Part shown: in pieces, positions 1-8,848 of the stretch
How the letters are laid out: each line of letters opens with the position of its first letter
Position numbering within the stretch: the first letter of the stretch is position 1
From: Spirochaetia bacterium
GTDB taxonomy: Bacteria > Spirochaetota > Spirochaetia > CADAEX01
Direction: 5' to 3'
Assembly (NCBI GenBank): GCA_963662795.1
Contig: OY759746.1
Location: 2,784,001-2,848,000, forward strand
DNA length: 64,000 nucleotides
The notes under the pieces: model-generated
The model's input: the letters and a program-made list of their open reading frames with translations, nothing else
Told to the model about the DNA's origin: nothing
The model's database searches: none
Made by a program: the position numbers and the translations under genes

Positions 1-218
1 TTGACGGGGTTATAAACAGCTCCTCGCTTGAAGAGGAAAGCTTTGAAGGGGGTATTCTTGAATATCCCCAGTATACACGGCCTGAAGTTTTTAACAGTTT
101 AAAGGTGCCTGAGGTTCTTTTAACAGGGCATCATGAAAATATTAGAAAATGGAGACTTGGTAAGAGTCTTGAAAAAACAAGTAATTACAGACCTGACCTT
201 CTAAAACCGTATGAATGA
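1..218 (+). CDS. trmD: tRNA (guanine-N1)-methyltransferase TrmD, 3' end (partial, not in ORF track)
   Basis: Frame from nt 3 reads [30 protein letters not shown]...[17 protein letters not shown]...RPDLL, the TrmD C-terminal signature. TGA at 216-218. Lies upstream of rplS. Confidence 0.95.
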   Translation, partial: DGVINSSSLEEESFEGGILEYPQYTRPEVFNSLKVPEVLLTGHHENIRKWRLGKSLEKTSNYRPDLLKPYE

Positions 219-262
219 TGGTGAAGACGGTACGGGATTGAATAGAGTGCAGGAGGTTTAAA

Positions 263-616
263 ATGGATTTAATCAAAGCGGTAGAGGCAGCACATTTAAA
301 GGAAAATACTGAAAATTTCAGTATTGGAGATACTGTCAAGGTTTTTTTCAAAATTATTGAAGGTACAACAGAAAGAGTACAGGTTTTTGAAGGTATATGT
401 ATTGCAAAGAATAATACCGGAGTCAGAAAAACCTTTACAATAAGAAAATTATCATACGGAGTGGGAGTTGAAAGGGTGTTTCCCTTCCATTCCCCGAGAA
501 TCCAGAAGATTGAGCTTGTAAGGCCTGGAAAGATAAGAAGAGCAAAGCTTTATTATCTCCGCGACAGAATCGGAAAAGCCGCCAAGGTAAAAGAGCTTAT
601 CAAACGAAAAAGCTGA
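263..616 (+). CDS. rplS: 50S ribosomal protein L19
   Basis: GDTVKV...ERVQVFEG...[13 protein letters not shown]...RRAKLYYLR motifs; GGAGG RBS. Confidence 0.98.
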   Translation: MDLIKAVEAAHLKENTENFSIGDTVKVFFKIIEGTTERVQVFEGICIAKNNTGVRKTFTIRKLSYGVGVERVFPFHSPRIQKIELVRPGKIRRAKLYYLRDRIGKAAKVKELIKRKS

Positions 617-624
617 TTATGTGA

Positions 625-1617
625 ATGATTGAAATAAATCCGGCTGCCGGAAGTATTAACGGCAGACGGAGCTATTCAGGTAAAATTGAGATTGTTGAGA
701 GAACCGGGGAAGTTTCAGGTAAATTCTGGAATATCAAGGCCGGAACCCGGTTCCTTACTGTTTACAGCAATTCAATTTTTAGCCCCGGTGAAACAATAAG
801 GGGCAGGATTTTTTTCAGCGGAAATATTCTGCATCTTGAAGTATTGAAAAAACAGGAGGCTCCTGCAGCCGGTCCTGTTTTTTTTTCAGATGCGCTGATC
901 AGCCTTGAACGGCTGGCAGCTGTTTTTTTCAGTGAAACAGGACGTAAACCGGATAATCTGCTTGCAGCCATACTTAAAAGCCTTATCGTTAAAAAAGAAA
1001 TAACAAAAGAACACCAGGGCTCAATCGCTTTTGAGGCATGGAATAAAGGCTTCAGGAACGAGTCGTCAATTTCTTCTCTTTTAAATGCAGTATCAGGTGC
1101 CGGAGGGGAAGGCACAGATGGCGGGAAGGGAAGCGGGAAAGAGAAAAACCGGGATAAAAGCGGAGGCAGCTCTGAAGATGATGCGGCAGCTGATATTGTC
1201 AAAGCAGTTGCAGATGTTGAAAACAGAAATGATTCATTGTTTGTTTTCAACCACATCACCCTTCCCGACAGACACTGGATAATTATCCCTTACCGGACCG
1301 GTGAAGGAAAAAACATTGTAAAAGGGACAATAAGACTGAAAAGTGTTAATATGTCCTTAAGTGATATGGTAGTTCATGCTGAAAAAAATGATTCGATCTG
1401 GTTTTTTTCATTATCAGAAATCAGCGGACAGGGAAGAAAATTAAAGATATATGCGAATAAAAAGGGATTATCTGACACCAAAGATAAAAACTTTGCCATA
1501 TTTATAAAAAAACTTCAAAACCTGGGGTTAAAAATTGACGATAATGTATATGAACTTAATGCATTTACAGGTTTTTCAGAAGTTGCAGCATCTATGGGTG
1601 TTGATGTAGAAGTTTAA
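625..1617 (+). CDS. Hypothetical protein, C-terminus reminiscent of a FliK-type (YlqG-like) domain
   Basis: Low-complexity G/S/K linker followed by HWIIIPY...GTIRL...WFFSL...KLQNLGLKI. Immediately precedes a FlhB-like gene, as ylqG does ylqH. Confidence 0.5.
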   Translation: MIEINPAAGSINGRRSYSGKIEIVERTGEVSGKFWNIKAGTRFLTVYSNSIFSPGETIRGRIFFSGNILHLEVLKKQEAPAAGPVFFSDALISLERLAAVFFSETGRKPDNLLAAILKSLIVKKEITKEHQGSIAFEAWNKGFRNESSISSLLNAVSGAGGEGTDGGKGSGKEKNRDKSGGSSEDDAAADIVKAVADVENRNDSLFVFNHITLPDRHWIIIPYRTGEGKNIVKGTIRLKSVNMSLSDMVVHAEKNDSIWFFSLSEISGQGRKLKIYANKKGLSDTKDKNFAIFIKKLQNLGLKIDDNVYELNAFTGFSEVAASMGVDVEV

Positions 1618-1621
1618 CGGG

Positions 1622-1864
1622 ATGAAGATCAGAAAGGCTGTTGCGCTGCGTTATGACAGGGATTTACCGGCACCGGTTATCACTGCAAAAGGGAGAGGGC
1701 GCTTTGCCGGCAGGATACTGGAAATTGCAGAGCAAAATGGTATAGCTGTTGTGCACGACGATAAGCTTTCTGATTCTTTTTATACATTTAATGTGGGAGA
1801 TTTAATAACTGAAGAGTATTATGAGATAGTGGCGGAAATTCTTGCATTTATACTTAAAGTTTAA
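1622..1864 (+). CDS. FlhB C-terminal-like small protein (EscU/YscU/HrcU family, YlqH/FlhX type)
   Basis: KAVALRYD..LPAPVITAKGRG..A..I.EIAEQNGI....D..L....Y...AEILAFI; no membrane domain and no NPTH motif. Confidence 0.92.
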   Translation: MKIRKAVALRYDRDLPAPVITAKGRGRFAGRILEIAEQNGIAVVHDDKLSDSFYTFNVGDLITEEYYEIVAEILAFILKV

Positions 1865-1875
1865 AATGGTGTATT

Positions 1876-3027
1876 ATGAATAAAATTAAAGTTTCAGATT
1901 TGAAGGAAGGGTATACTTTTACCTCAAATGTTTATATTGATGAAAAATTACAAAGTATGCTGGTTCCTGCAAATCTGAATCTGAAGAGTAAAGAGATTGA
2001 GCGTATAAAAAACTGGGGGATAGAAGAAGTATATACGGAAGGGGAGATTGTAGATCCAGACGAAGCTGAGAAGTCAAAAGCCGGCGATGTTGACGATGCT
2101 GCAGATTCAAAATTTTTCAGCAGTTATGCGGCTATGATTGAAGTTTTTTCAGGAATTGTAAGCGGACTCAAAAAAGGGAAAAAACCCGAAGTTGATACAA
2201 TCAATAAACTTGCAAATCAGATTATCGATATTGTTTCAGGTGCTGAAGATATAAAGGATATACATGAACTTATCGGTTATATCAGCAAGAGCGACAAACT
2301 GGGTGAAAAATACGCTGTAAGCGGTATAAACTGCGCTTTTCTCTCAATACTTGTCGGTATGGAACTCGGGCTCACCGCAATAAGGCTTCAGCATCTTGCT
2401 GTGGCGTCATTGCTTCACGATATCGGAATGCTTAAAATACCTGAAAGAATTACAGATAAAAACGGGCAGCTTACACCGGATGAGCTGAATATTGTAAGAA
2501 TGCATTCAGCAGTTTCCTATCAGGTTGTTATCAAGAATTTCGGCTTTCCTGAAACAATTGCCAGGATTGTGCTTCAGCATCATGAAAGGTGGGACGGAAA
2601 GGGTTATCCCAACGGACTTGCCGGTGACCAGATAAATCTTCTTTCAAGAATAATTGCTGTTACTGATTCTTTTGAGGCAATGAACAGGGCGAAATCCTAC
2701 CGTTCTTCAATGATCGGATATGCTGCCATGAAACAGATTCTTAATGAAAATTCCAAGAAATATGATGCCTCAATTGTAAAGCTCTTTATCAAGGTACTTG
2801 GTATTTATCCGCCGGGAAGTTTTGTAATCCTTAATGACACAAGCATCGGAAAGGTGGTCAAGGTAAAGAAGATTGCCCCGTTAAGGCCGGTTATTAAGCT
2901 CCTGATTGATAACAGCGGCAATAAATGCGAAGATAGCAATATAGAAATTGATCTTGTTACAAACACAAGGCTTTTTATAGTGAAGGTAATTGATCTTTCC
3001 GAGCTTGAAGGGAAGCTTTCAGGTTGA
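1876..3027 (+). CDS. HD-GYP domain c-di-GMP phosphodiesterase
   Basis: LLHDIG, HHERWDGKGYP, IIAVTDSFEAM, GIYPPGS motifs. Confidence 0.93.
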   Translation: MNKIKVSDLKEGYTFTSNVYIDEKLQSMLVPANLNLKSKEIERIKNWGIEEVYTEGEIVDPDEAEKSKAGDVDDAADSKFFSSYAAMIEVFSGIVSGLKKGKKPEVDTINKLANQIIDIVSGAEDIKDIHELIGYISKSDKLGEKYAVSGINCAFLSILVGMELGLTAIRLQHLAVASLLHDIGMLKIPERITDKNGQLTPDELNIVRMHSAVSYQVVIKNFGFPETIARIVLQHHERWDGKGYPNGLAGDQINLLSRIIAVTDSFEAMNRAKSYRSSMIGYAAMKQILNENSKKYDASIVKLFIKVLGIYPPGSFVILNDTSIGKVVKVKKIAPLRPVIKLLIDNSGNKCEDSNIEIDLVTNTRLFIVKVIDLSELEGKLSG

Positions 3028-3386
3028 ACCGGTACGATAAAGGGAAATCCGGAGAAAACAAAGCCTGTAAATATCTTGAGGATAAGGGATATACTGTAGT
3101 TGCAAGAAATTACAGAAGTAAAAAAGGGGAAATTGATATAGTTGCAAGAGAGGGCGGCTGCCTTGTCTTTGTAGAGGTGAAATCATGGGGAATCGTCCCT
3201 TTTTCTGAAACAGGATTCAGTATAGGAAGAGTGAAAAAAAGCAGATTGATTAAAACTGTAAAACAGTACCTGTATGAAAATCAAAAAAGTGTTTCAGAGC
3301 TTGATATAAGATTTGATCTGATTTTTTTGAATCCGCTGAAAGGGACATTGACCCACAGCGAGAACGTAATAGGGGAGTTTCATTAA
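3024..3386 (+). CDS. yraN: YraN family (UPF0102) nuclease-fold protein
   Basis: GE..A..YL..KGY.VVARNYR...GEIDIVA....LVFVEVK...RFD. Confidence 0.93.
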   Translation: MNRYDKGKSGENKACKYLEDKGYTVVARNYRSKKGEIDIVAREGGCLVFVEVKSWGIVPFSETGFSIGRVKKSRLIKTVKQYLYENQKSVSELDIRFDLIFLNPLKGTLTHSENVIGEFH

Positions 3387-3389
3387 ATT

Positions 3390-3542
3390 ATGGTAAGAAT
3401 AGCAAAAAAAACTGACCCTGTTAAACTGGAAGAATTGAAGAAAAAAATAAATGATGAAAAATATTTATCGCTTGCAATTCAGCAGATAGCACAGATACTA
3501 TCATCTGAAATACTAAATCTTGAAGAGGAAAACAAAGTATGA
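3390..3542 (+). CDS. 50-aa micro-protein, FlgM C-terminus-like (not in ORF track)
   Basis: ATG 3390 to TGA 3542: MVRIAKKTDPVKLEELKKKINDEKYLSLAIQQIAQILSSEILNLEEENKV. GGGGAG lies upstream. It fills the gap exactly and overlaps the next gene by ATGA. Confidence 0.75.
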   Translation: MVRIAKKTDPVKLEELKKKINDEKYLSLAIQQIAQILSSEILNLEEENKV

Positions 3543-3937
3543 ATCCGAAAGGAAATAATAATAATAAAAAAGATTTCAGGAAGAACTTCCGCGGCAGCAG
3601 AAGAAAAGGAAATGTTACAAGAGAGAAAACAGAAGTAAACAAAGTTACCTATACATGCGAAATATGTGAGCAGGTGATTCAGGATATTACTGCAGCCCTT
3701 GCAGTACCGGTAAACGGTAATCCGGCCCATTTTGACTGTGTTGTCAAAAAACTTGCTGAAACTGAGAAACTTGAGGACGGTCAGCAGATTGTATATCTCG
3801 GAGGCGGTAATTTCGGTGTAGTTAAATTTGATGCCAAGTCTCCCAAAAATGAATTTAAAATAATAAAAAAGATAGAATATGAAGACAGGGAAATCATTCC
3901 TGACTGGAGAAAAGAACTGGTCAAGGTAGTTGTCTGA
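3539..3937 (+). CDS. Hypothetical protein with basic N-terminus and CxxC...HxxC putative Zn site
   Basis: CEIC...AHFDC; GAGGA RBS; followed by a terminator. Confidence 0.8.
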   Translation: MNPKGNNNNKKDFRKNFRGSRRKGNVTREKTEVNKVTYTCEICEQVIQDITAALAVPVNGNPAHFDCVVKKLAETEKLEDGQQIVYLGGGNFGVVKFDAKSPKNEFKIIKKIEYEDREIIPDWRKELVKVVV

Positions 3938-3973
3938 AGGCCTGTCATTTATCCTTAATATTTATGCATGCAT

Positions 3974-4014
3974 AAAAAAGCTGCCGGTTACGCTTTAGCG
4001 TCAGGCAGCTTTTT
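3974..4014. terminator. Bidirectional intrinsic terminator
   Basis: AAAAAAGCTGCC...GGCAGCTTTTT inverted repeat between convergent genes. Confidence 0.8.
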
Positions 4015-4037
4015 CATTTCCGGAAGATAATAATCTA

Positions 4038-4742
4038 TCAGTACTGTCTCAACCGGTCTATAAGAAGAGATGCCCATTTTTTTACATTGGTGCTGTAATT
4101 ACCCTGCTGTATCGCGACTATGGATTTATATATAAATTTGGGGTCAGGGTCATCCTCAAATCCGCCGTTTTTCTTGGCTATTTTCTCTATTGCAAGCAGT
4201 GATGCTACTGCAAGGTTGTCATCCACAATATATTTTTTTGAATCCGCATCAATAACACTTGAAATTGCAAGCAGCGCTTCATTGTTATTGTTAAGGCCTA
4301 TAACACCAAGACCGTAAACAGCCTGGGAGAGAACCATCGGTTCAACATCTTTCAGCGCAATATTTATCAGTGAGTTTTTGGAATTTTCACCGCCTATTTC
4401 TCCGAGTAATTTAGCCGCTCTTCTTCTGACTTCAGGATAATAATTGGTTTTTCTGTTGCTTTCCCTTACTACGATGGCGGTGCCTTCGCCTGAAAGGGAT
4501 GTAAGTATTGCATGCAGCTGTACATCTCCTTCCTTGACTTTTCCGTCATTAACCATCTGTTCAATTGTATCAAGCGCCACAAGTTTTTGCTCTCTTGTAT
4601 CAGCTGCAGCAAGTTCGCTTATTATACCTATTTCAATGCTTGTGCTAAGATATTTTTCCTCTACTGTTTTTTCTCCGCTCTGCGGAAAAACAGAAAACGA
4701 TGCAGCAGTTAAAATAAAAATAACAAAAATTACTCTTTTCAT
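4038..4742 (-). CDS. Exported HEAT-repeat protein
   Basis: Start probably the ATG at 4742 (GGAGA RBS, signal peptide MKRVIFVIFILTAASFSVF); PEVRRRAAKLLGEIG and VLSQAVYGLGVIG HEAT-like helices. Confidence 0.8.
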   Translation of the reverse strand: MKRVIFVIFILTAASFSVFPQSGEKTVEEKYLSTSIEIGIISELAAADTREQKLVALDTIEQMVNDGKVKEGDVQLHAILTSLSGEGTAIVVRESNRKTNYYPEVRRRAAKLLGEIGGENSKNSLINIALKDVEPMVLSQAVYGLGVIGLNNNNEALLAISSVIDADSKKYIVDDNLAVASLLAIEKIAKKNGGFEDDPDPKFIYKSIVAIQQGNYSTNVKKWASLLIDRLRQY

Positions 4743-4778
4743 ATTTTTTCTCCAAATTGTTTTTCTGCAAAACAACAG

Positions 4779-5339
4779 CTAAAGTCCAATTTTCCAGTTA
4801 CCCTGTATATTGATGAGAGTATAAAGTACAACCGGCTCCCCGTCAATTCGCATATATGCCTTGATATTATTATCGTCAATGAATGATATATCATCAAGCT
4901 GAACATCAGATCTGCTTGGCCCGACAACATAGTTGAAATAGTCTTTCAGGGACCTGAGTACAATATTGTGCTTCTTCAGTATCGGAGTTTCATTATAGAT
5001 TTTCAGGTTATCCTGATTGCTGTAAAAATCAATATATTCCTTTGTAAGGTATTTTTTCCATTCATCAAAATTTGAAGACCTGATTATCGTATTAAGAGTT
5101 TCGATCAGTAGTGTGATATCAGAAAAAGTCTTTGAATATACATCTTCTGAAACTTTAAACCCGCTGCTTTCTGCGGTTTCCTTCTGAACGACTGCTTCCG
5201 GTTCCGGCTCAACTATTTTCTGTACGGCTTCAGGCGATGAGGTACATGACATTACCGGCAAAAATGCAAGTAAAGCAGAAAATAACAATAAATAGACATT
5301 GCTGCGTGTAAAAACAGACACAAACCTTGTACCTTTCAT
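4779..5339 (-). CDS. Putative lipoprotein, function unknown
   Basis: Hydrophobic signal ending VMSC, followed by a P/E-rich linker. Confidence 0.7.
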   Translation of the reverse strand: MKGTRFVSVFTRSNVYLLLFSALLAFLPVMSCTSSPEAVQKIVEPEPEAVVQKETAESSGFKVSEDVYSKTFSDITLLIETLNTIIRSSNFDEWKKYLTKEYIDFYSNQDNLKIYNETPILKKHNIVLRSLKDYFNYVVGPSRSDVQLDDISFIDDNNIKAYMRIDGEPVVLYTLINIQGNWKIGL

Positions 5340-5347
5340 AATATAAC

Positions 5348-5375
5348 ATTATATTATTTTACAGCTTTTTGTCAA
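5348..5375 (-). promoter_or_regulatory. sigma70 promoter, 8 nt upstream of ATG (near-leaderless)
   Basis: Minus strand TTGACA-N16-TATAAT-gttatatt-ATG. Confidence 0.7.
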
Positions 5376-5475
5376 AACTAATTTTAATTTTTGTATCTGC
5401 TGTGCCCTTACATGGTTATCTGGCACACAGTGATATAATTATTAATACAAATTAATTAATTAATTCAGGTAGAAT

Positions 5476-5973
5476 ATGGGTAAAGTAATGGTTAAAGCGG
5501 TTTTTCCGGGTTCTTTCGATCCCCCTACCAATGGGCATTTGAATGTAATCGAAAGGGCGGCAAAAATATTCGAAGAAGTCCTTGTTGTCATTTCCGTAAA
5601 TCCCCAGAAAAAATTCTTTTTTACTGCGGAAGAACGTTATGGAATGATGAAAAGCATTCTTTCCGGTTATGAAAACGTTCATCTGCACATCTGGGACAAG
5701 CTTATTGTAGAATTTGCTGCCATGAACGGTGCAAAAGTAATAGTAAGGGGTGTCAGATCACTCACGGATTTTGCCTATGAACTTGAACTTTCAATGATAA
5801 ATAAAGGGCTGAATCCTGAGATTGATACGTTTTTTATACCGACTGATTCAAAATATTCACTTCAGCGGTCATCAGCAATAAAGGAACTGGCCTCCTTCGG
5901 CGGCAATATCTCCAATATGGTGCCTGAAATAGTGGAAAAGGAACTCAAAAAGCGTTTCGGCTATGGTTCTTGA
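5476..5973 (+). CDS. coaD: Phosphopantetheine adenylyltransferase
   Basis: AVFPGSFDPPTNGH, IVRGVR...DFAYE, SSAIKE; start may be the ATG at 5488. Confidence 0.97.
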   Translation: MGKVMVKAVFPGSFDPPTNGHLNVIERAAKIFEEVLVVISVNPQKKFFFTAEERYGMMKSILSGYENVHLHIWDKLIVEFAAMNGAKVIVRGVRSLTDFAYELELSMINKGLNPEIDTFFIPTDSKYSLQRSSAIKELASFGGNISNMVPEIVEKELKKRFGYGS

Positions 5974-6061
5974 CAAAACAGGCGTCTTTACAGTATGTTT
6001 TCCATTAATAATAGCAATGATGATTACTAAAGATTATTAAAATATAAATGAGAGGTAAGAA

Positions 6062-6250
6062 ATGGCTGTACCAAAGAGGAAACCGTCGAAAGCAAAAAGC
6101 AGAACAAGAAAATCTATCAATATGAAGATATCTGTCCCTACTCTTAGCGAATGCGGAACATGCGGTAATAAGGTAGTTCCGCACAGAGTTTGCCCAAAAT
6201 GCGGATTTTATAAAGGAAAACAGTATTTAGGGCTTGAAGAAATTGCATAA
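6062..6250 (+). CDS. rpmF: 50S ribosomal protein L32
   Basis: MAVPKRK.SK...CxxCG....PHRVCPKCG.YKG. Confidence 0.98.
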   Translation: MAVPKRKPSKAKSRTRKSINMKISVPTLSECGTCGNKVVPHRVCPKCGFYKGKQYLGLEEIA

Positions 6251-6345
6251 TTAATTTATAAGTTTCTTCTTTTTCCAGACTGCTGTTGTAAATTATATAC
6301 ATACAGCAGATATTTTAAATTTTTCTGTCTTTACAGGAGGAAACA

Positions 6346-6582
6346 ATGGACGAACTTTTTGATAAAGTTAAAAAAATTATTGCTGAGAAACTTGATGTAG
6401 ATGAGGCAAAAATTACACCTGAAGCATCTTTCAGGCAGGATCTCGGAGCAGACAGCCTTGATACATACGAACTTGTATATGCTCTCGAAGAAGAGATGAA
6501 TATTCAGATTCCGGATGAGAAAGCCAATGAGTTTGAAACAGTCGGAGATGCTGTAGAGTTTATCAGATCAGTAGCAAAATAA
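6346..6582 (+). CDS. acpP: Acyl carrier protein
   Basis: DLGADSLD phosphopantetheine attachment motif. Confidence 0.98.
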   Translation: MDELFDKVKKIIAEKLDVDEAKITPEASFRQDLGADSLDTYELVYALEEEMNIQIPDEKANEFETVGDAVEFIRSVAK

Positions 6583-6583
6583 A

Positions 6584-7363
6584 TTGAACGTATTGGGATT
6601 TCAGAAACAATTCAAACTGAAAACTCCTCAAATAAGTCAATCCAGAAAAAAAGAGTTGCTTCTATTCCAAAGTCATGCGGAGCTGAGGTTCAGGAAGCTT
6701 GATTTCCTGAACCTTGCTTTTTGCCACCGTTCTTATGCGAATGAAACCCAGGAAGATGTAGACAACAACGAAAAACTTGAATTTCTGGGTGATTCCATTC
6801 TTGGTCTTGTTGCAAGCGAATATCTTTATTATCTGCTGCCTGACAAGGCAGAAGGTGACCTGGCGCGGATAAAAAGCTTTGTCGTAAGTGAAAACACCCT
6901 CAGCATAGTCGCCAGAAAAATAAAAGTTGATAACTATATACTGATAGGCAGGGGGGAAGAGTATTCAGGCGGCAGAAACAAGAAAGCAATACTCGCCGAC
7001 TGTGTTGAAGCCATAATAGGGGCATATTACCTTGATTCAGGAATCAAGGCTGTCCGGACATTTATTCTTACCCATATTGTTCCCGAAATAATGAAAGTTA
7101 TTGAGAACAGGCACGACAAGGATTACAAGACACTTCTTCAGGAATTTGTACAGAAAAAATATAAAACCTATCCCAAATATAAAATGCTTAAAAAAACCGG
7201 TCCCGATCATGACAGGACTTTTCTTGTTGAAGTCAAGATAAAAGACCGGACTTTCGGGCCCGGCGAAGGTAAAAACAAAAAAGCTGCAGAGCAGAGTGCG
7301 GCGAGTATCGCCTATAAGGCTTTTATCGCAGAAATGGGCGAAATCGAAGCCGGACTTGAATAA
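6584..7363 (+). CDS. rnc: Ribonuclease III
   Basis: NNEKLEFLGDSILG, ADCVEAIIGAYYLD, and C-terminal dsRBD (DYKTLLQE...GEGKNKKAAEQSAA). Confidence 0.97.
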   Translation: MNVLGFQKQFKLKTPQISQSRKKELLLFQSHAELRFRKLDFLNLAFCHRSYANETQEDVDNNEKLEFLGDSILGLVASEYLYYLLPDKAEGDLARIKSFVVSENTLSIVARKIKVDNYILIGRGEEYSGGRNKKAILADCVEAIIGAYYLDSGIKAVRTFILTHIVPEIMKVIENRHDKDYKTLLQEFVQKKYKTYPKYKMLKKTGPDHDRTFLVEVKIKDRTFGPGEGKNKKAAEQSAASIAYKAFIAEMGEIEAGLE

Positions 7364-7402
7364 AAGGGACCTTAAAAAGTCACCCTTACGAATCGTACTG
7401 AG

Positions 7403-8743
7403 CTAAATATCAAATCTTGACCTGTAATAATTTCTTGCTATCTCTATGAGTTTTTCCCTGTTGTTAAGCTGAGGATCTTCAAGTACAGATTCAAGCAGGA
7501 ATTCCAGGACTTTTCCCATCTCAGGCCCCTTGGGTATTCCTGACTCTGATAAGATATTACCTGTAATATCGAGATCTTTTATCGAGAAAGCAGATTCGCT
7601 TTCAATAATACTGTTTATCCGTTTTATAAAGGATGAATCAGATGGGCAGTTGATATATTTTCCCGCCATACCGGCCCTGTCTGCGTATCTGAGCTTTAAA
7701 AGCGGCTTTATGTAATTTACCCCGACTTTGGCGATAAGTCTCCGTACAGCACTATCGCTCCATTCTTCAGTGTAATTAAACATGTGGTTTTTTATCAGGT
7801 GAACAGCCTGGGCAATAGTATTTTTAGGGAATTTCAGTCTGGTCAATATTTTTTTCGCAATATTGGCAGATACTTCATCATGGTTGTAAAAGGTTGGAAC
7901 ATTGTCCTTCACTTCAAGACATGCAGGTTTGCCGATGTCATGCAGCAGGGCGGAAAGTCTTAAAATCAGATCTTTTTCTGCGAAATCTGCTGAATAAAGC
8001 GCATGCTCGAACACATCAAATTTATGCATTTCCCTCTGAGCGACTCCGCTCCCCTCAAGCAGCTCCGGGATGATGTATTCAAGTACTCCTGTTTCCTTCA
8101 TTATGAAAAAAGCGGTAGAGGGTTTATCAGATAATAGTATTTTTATTATCTCATCCCTTATTCTTTCGGCTGAGATAAATTTTAATCTGTGTGCTTCCAT
8201 TTTTATGCCGGAAAGAGTGTCCCCCTCAATTTCAAAACCAAGCTGGGATGCAAACCTGCAAGCCCTGAGCACCCTGAGTCCATCCTCCGCAAACCTTTCC
8301 TGCGGATTACCTATGGCCCTTATAATCCTGTTTTTAAGATCCTTAAGCCCATCCTGGGGGTCGAGAATTTTACCTGTCAATGGATCGAGCGCCATGGCAT
8401 TGATTGTGAAATCACGTCTTGCAAGGTCTGCATCTATTGAAGAGCTGTATTCTATGGAATCGGGGTGTCTGCTGTTTGTATAGGCCCCGTCAATTCTGAA
8501 AGTTGTAACTTCAAGAGAAAAGCCCTGGAATAAAACAGTAACTGTTCCATGTTCAATACCTGTCGGAATTACGGATCTGAAAAGTTTTATAACATCTTCC
8601 GGCAGGGCATCGGTTGCAAAATCATAATCAGCAGGCTTTATTCCGCGGATATAATTCCTTACCGCTCCCCCTACAAGGTAGCACATGAAGCCTGAGTCTT
8701 TGAATATTCTGCAAAAATCTTTAATCTGATGCGGTATTTTCAC
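7403..8743 (-). CDS. cca: CCA tRNA nucleotidyltransferase with HD domain
   Basis: YLVGGAVRN...DYDFAT, EVTTFR, DLARRDFTINAMA, RFAEDGLRVLRA, LLHDIGKP. The GTG at 8743 is favoured as start because a TTGACA promoter overlaps the longer start. Confidence 0.9.
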   Translation of the reverse strand: MKIPHQIKDFCRIFKDSGFMCYLVGGAVRNYIRGIKPADYDFATDALPEDVIKLFRSVIPTGIEHGTVTVLFQGFSLEVTTFRIDGAYTNSRHPDSIEYSSSIDADLARRDFTINAMALDPLTGKILDPQDGLKDLKNRIIRAIGNPQERFAEDGLRVLRACRFASQLGFEIEGDTLSGIKMEAHRLKFISAERIRDEIIKILLSDKPSTAFFIMKETGVLEYIIPELLEGSGVAQREMHKFDVFEHALYSADFAEKDLILRLSALLHDIGKPACLEVKDNVPTFYNHDEVSANIAKKILTRLKFPKNTIAQAVHLIKNHMFNYTEEWSDSAVRRLIAKVGVNYIKPLLKLRYADRAGMAGKYINCPSDSSFIKRINSIIESESAFSIKDLDITGNILSESGIPKGPEMGKVLEFLLESVLEDPQLNNREKLIEIARNYYRSRFDI

Positions 8744-8848
8744 AATTATTACAGTTAACACTTATTGTAAATATGATGTCAATAAGAGCGGTATTTCAAT
8801 GACTTCTTAAAAACAAAAAAAGCGGAACAGGAAGCGGAATTACAGGAT

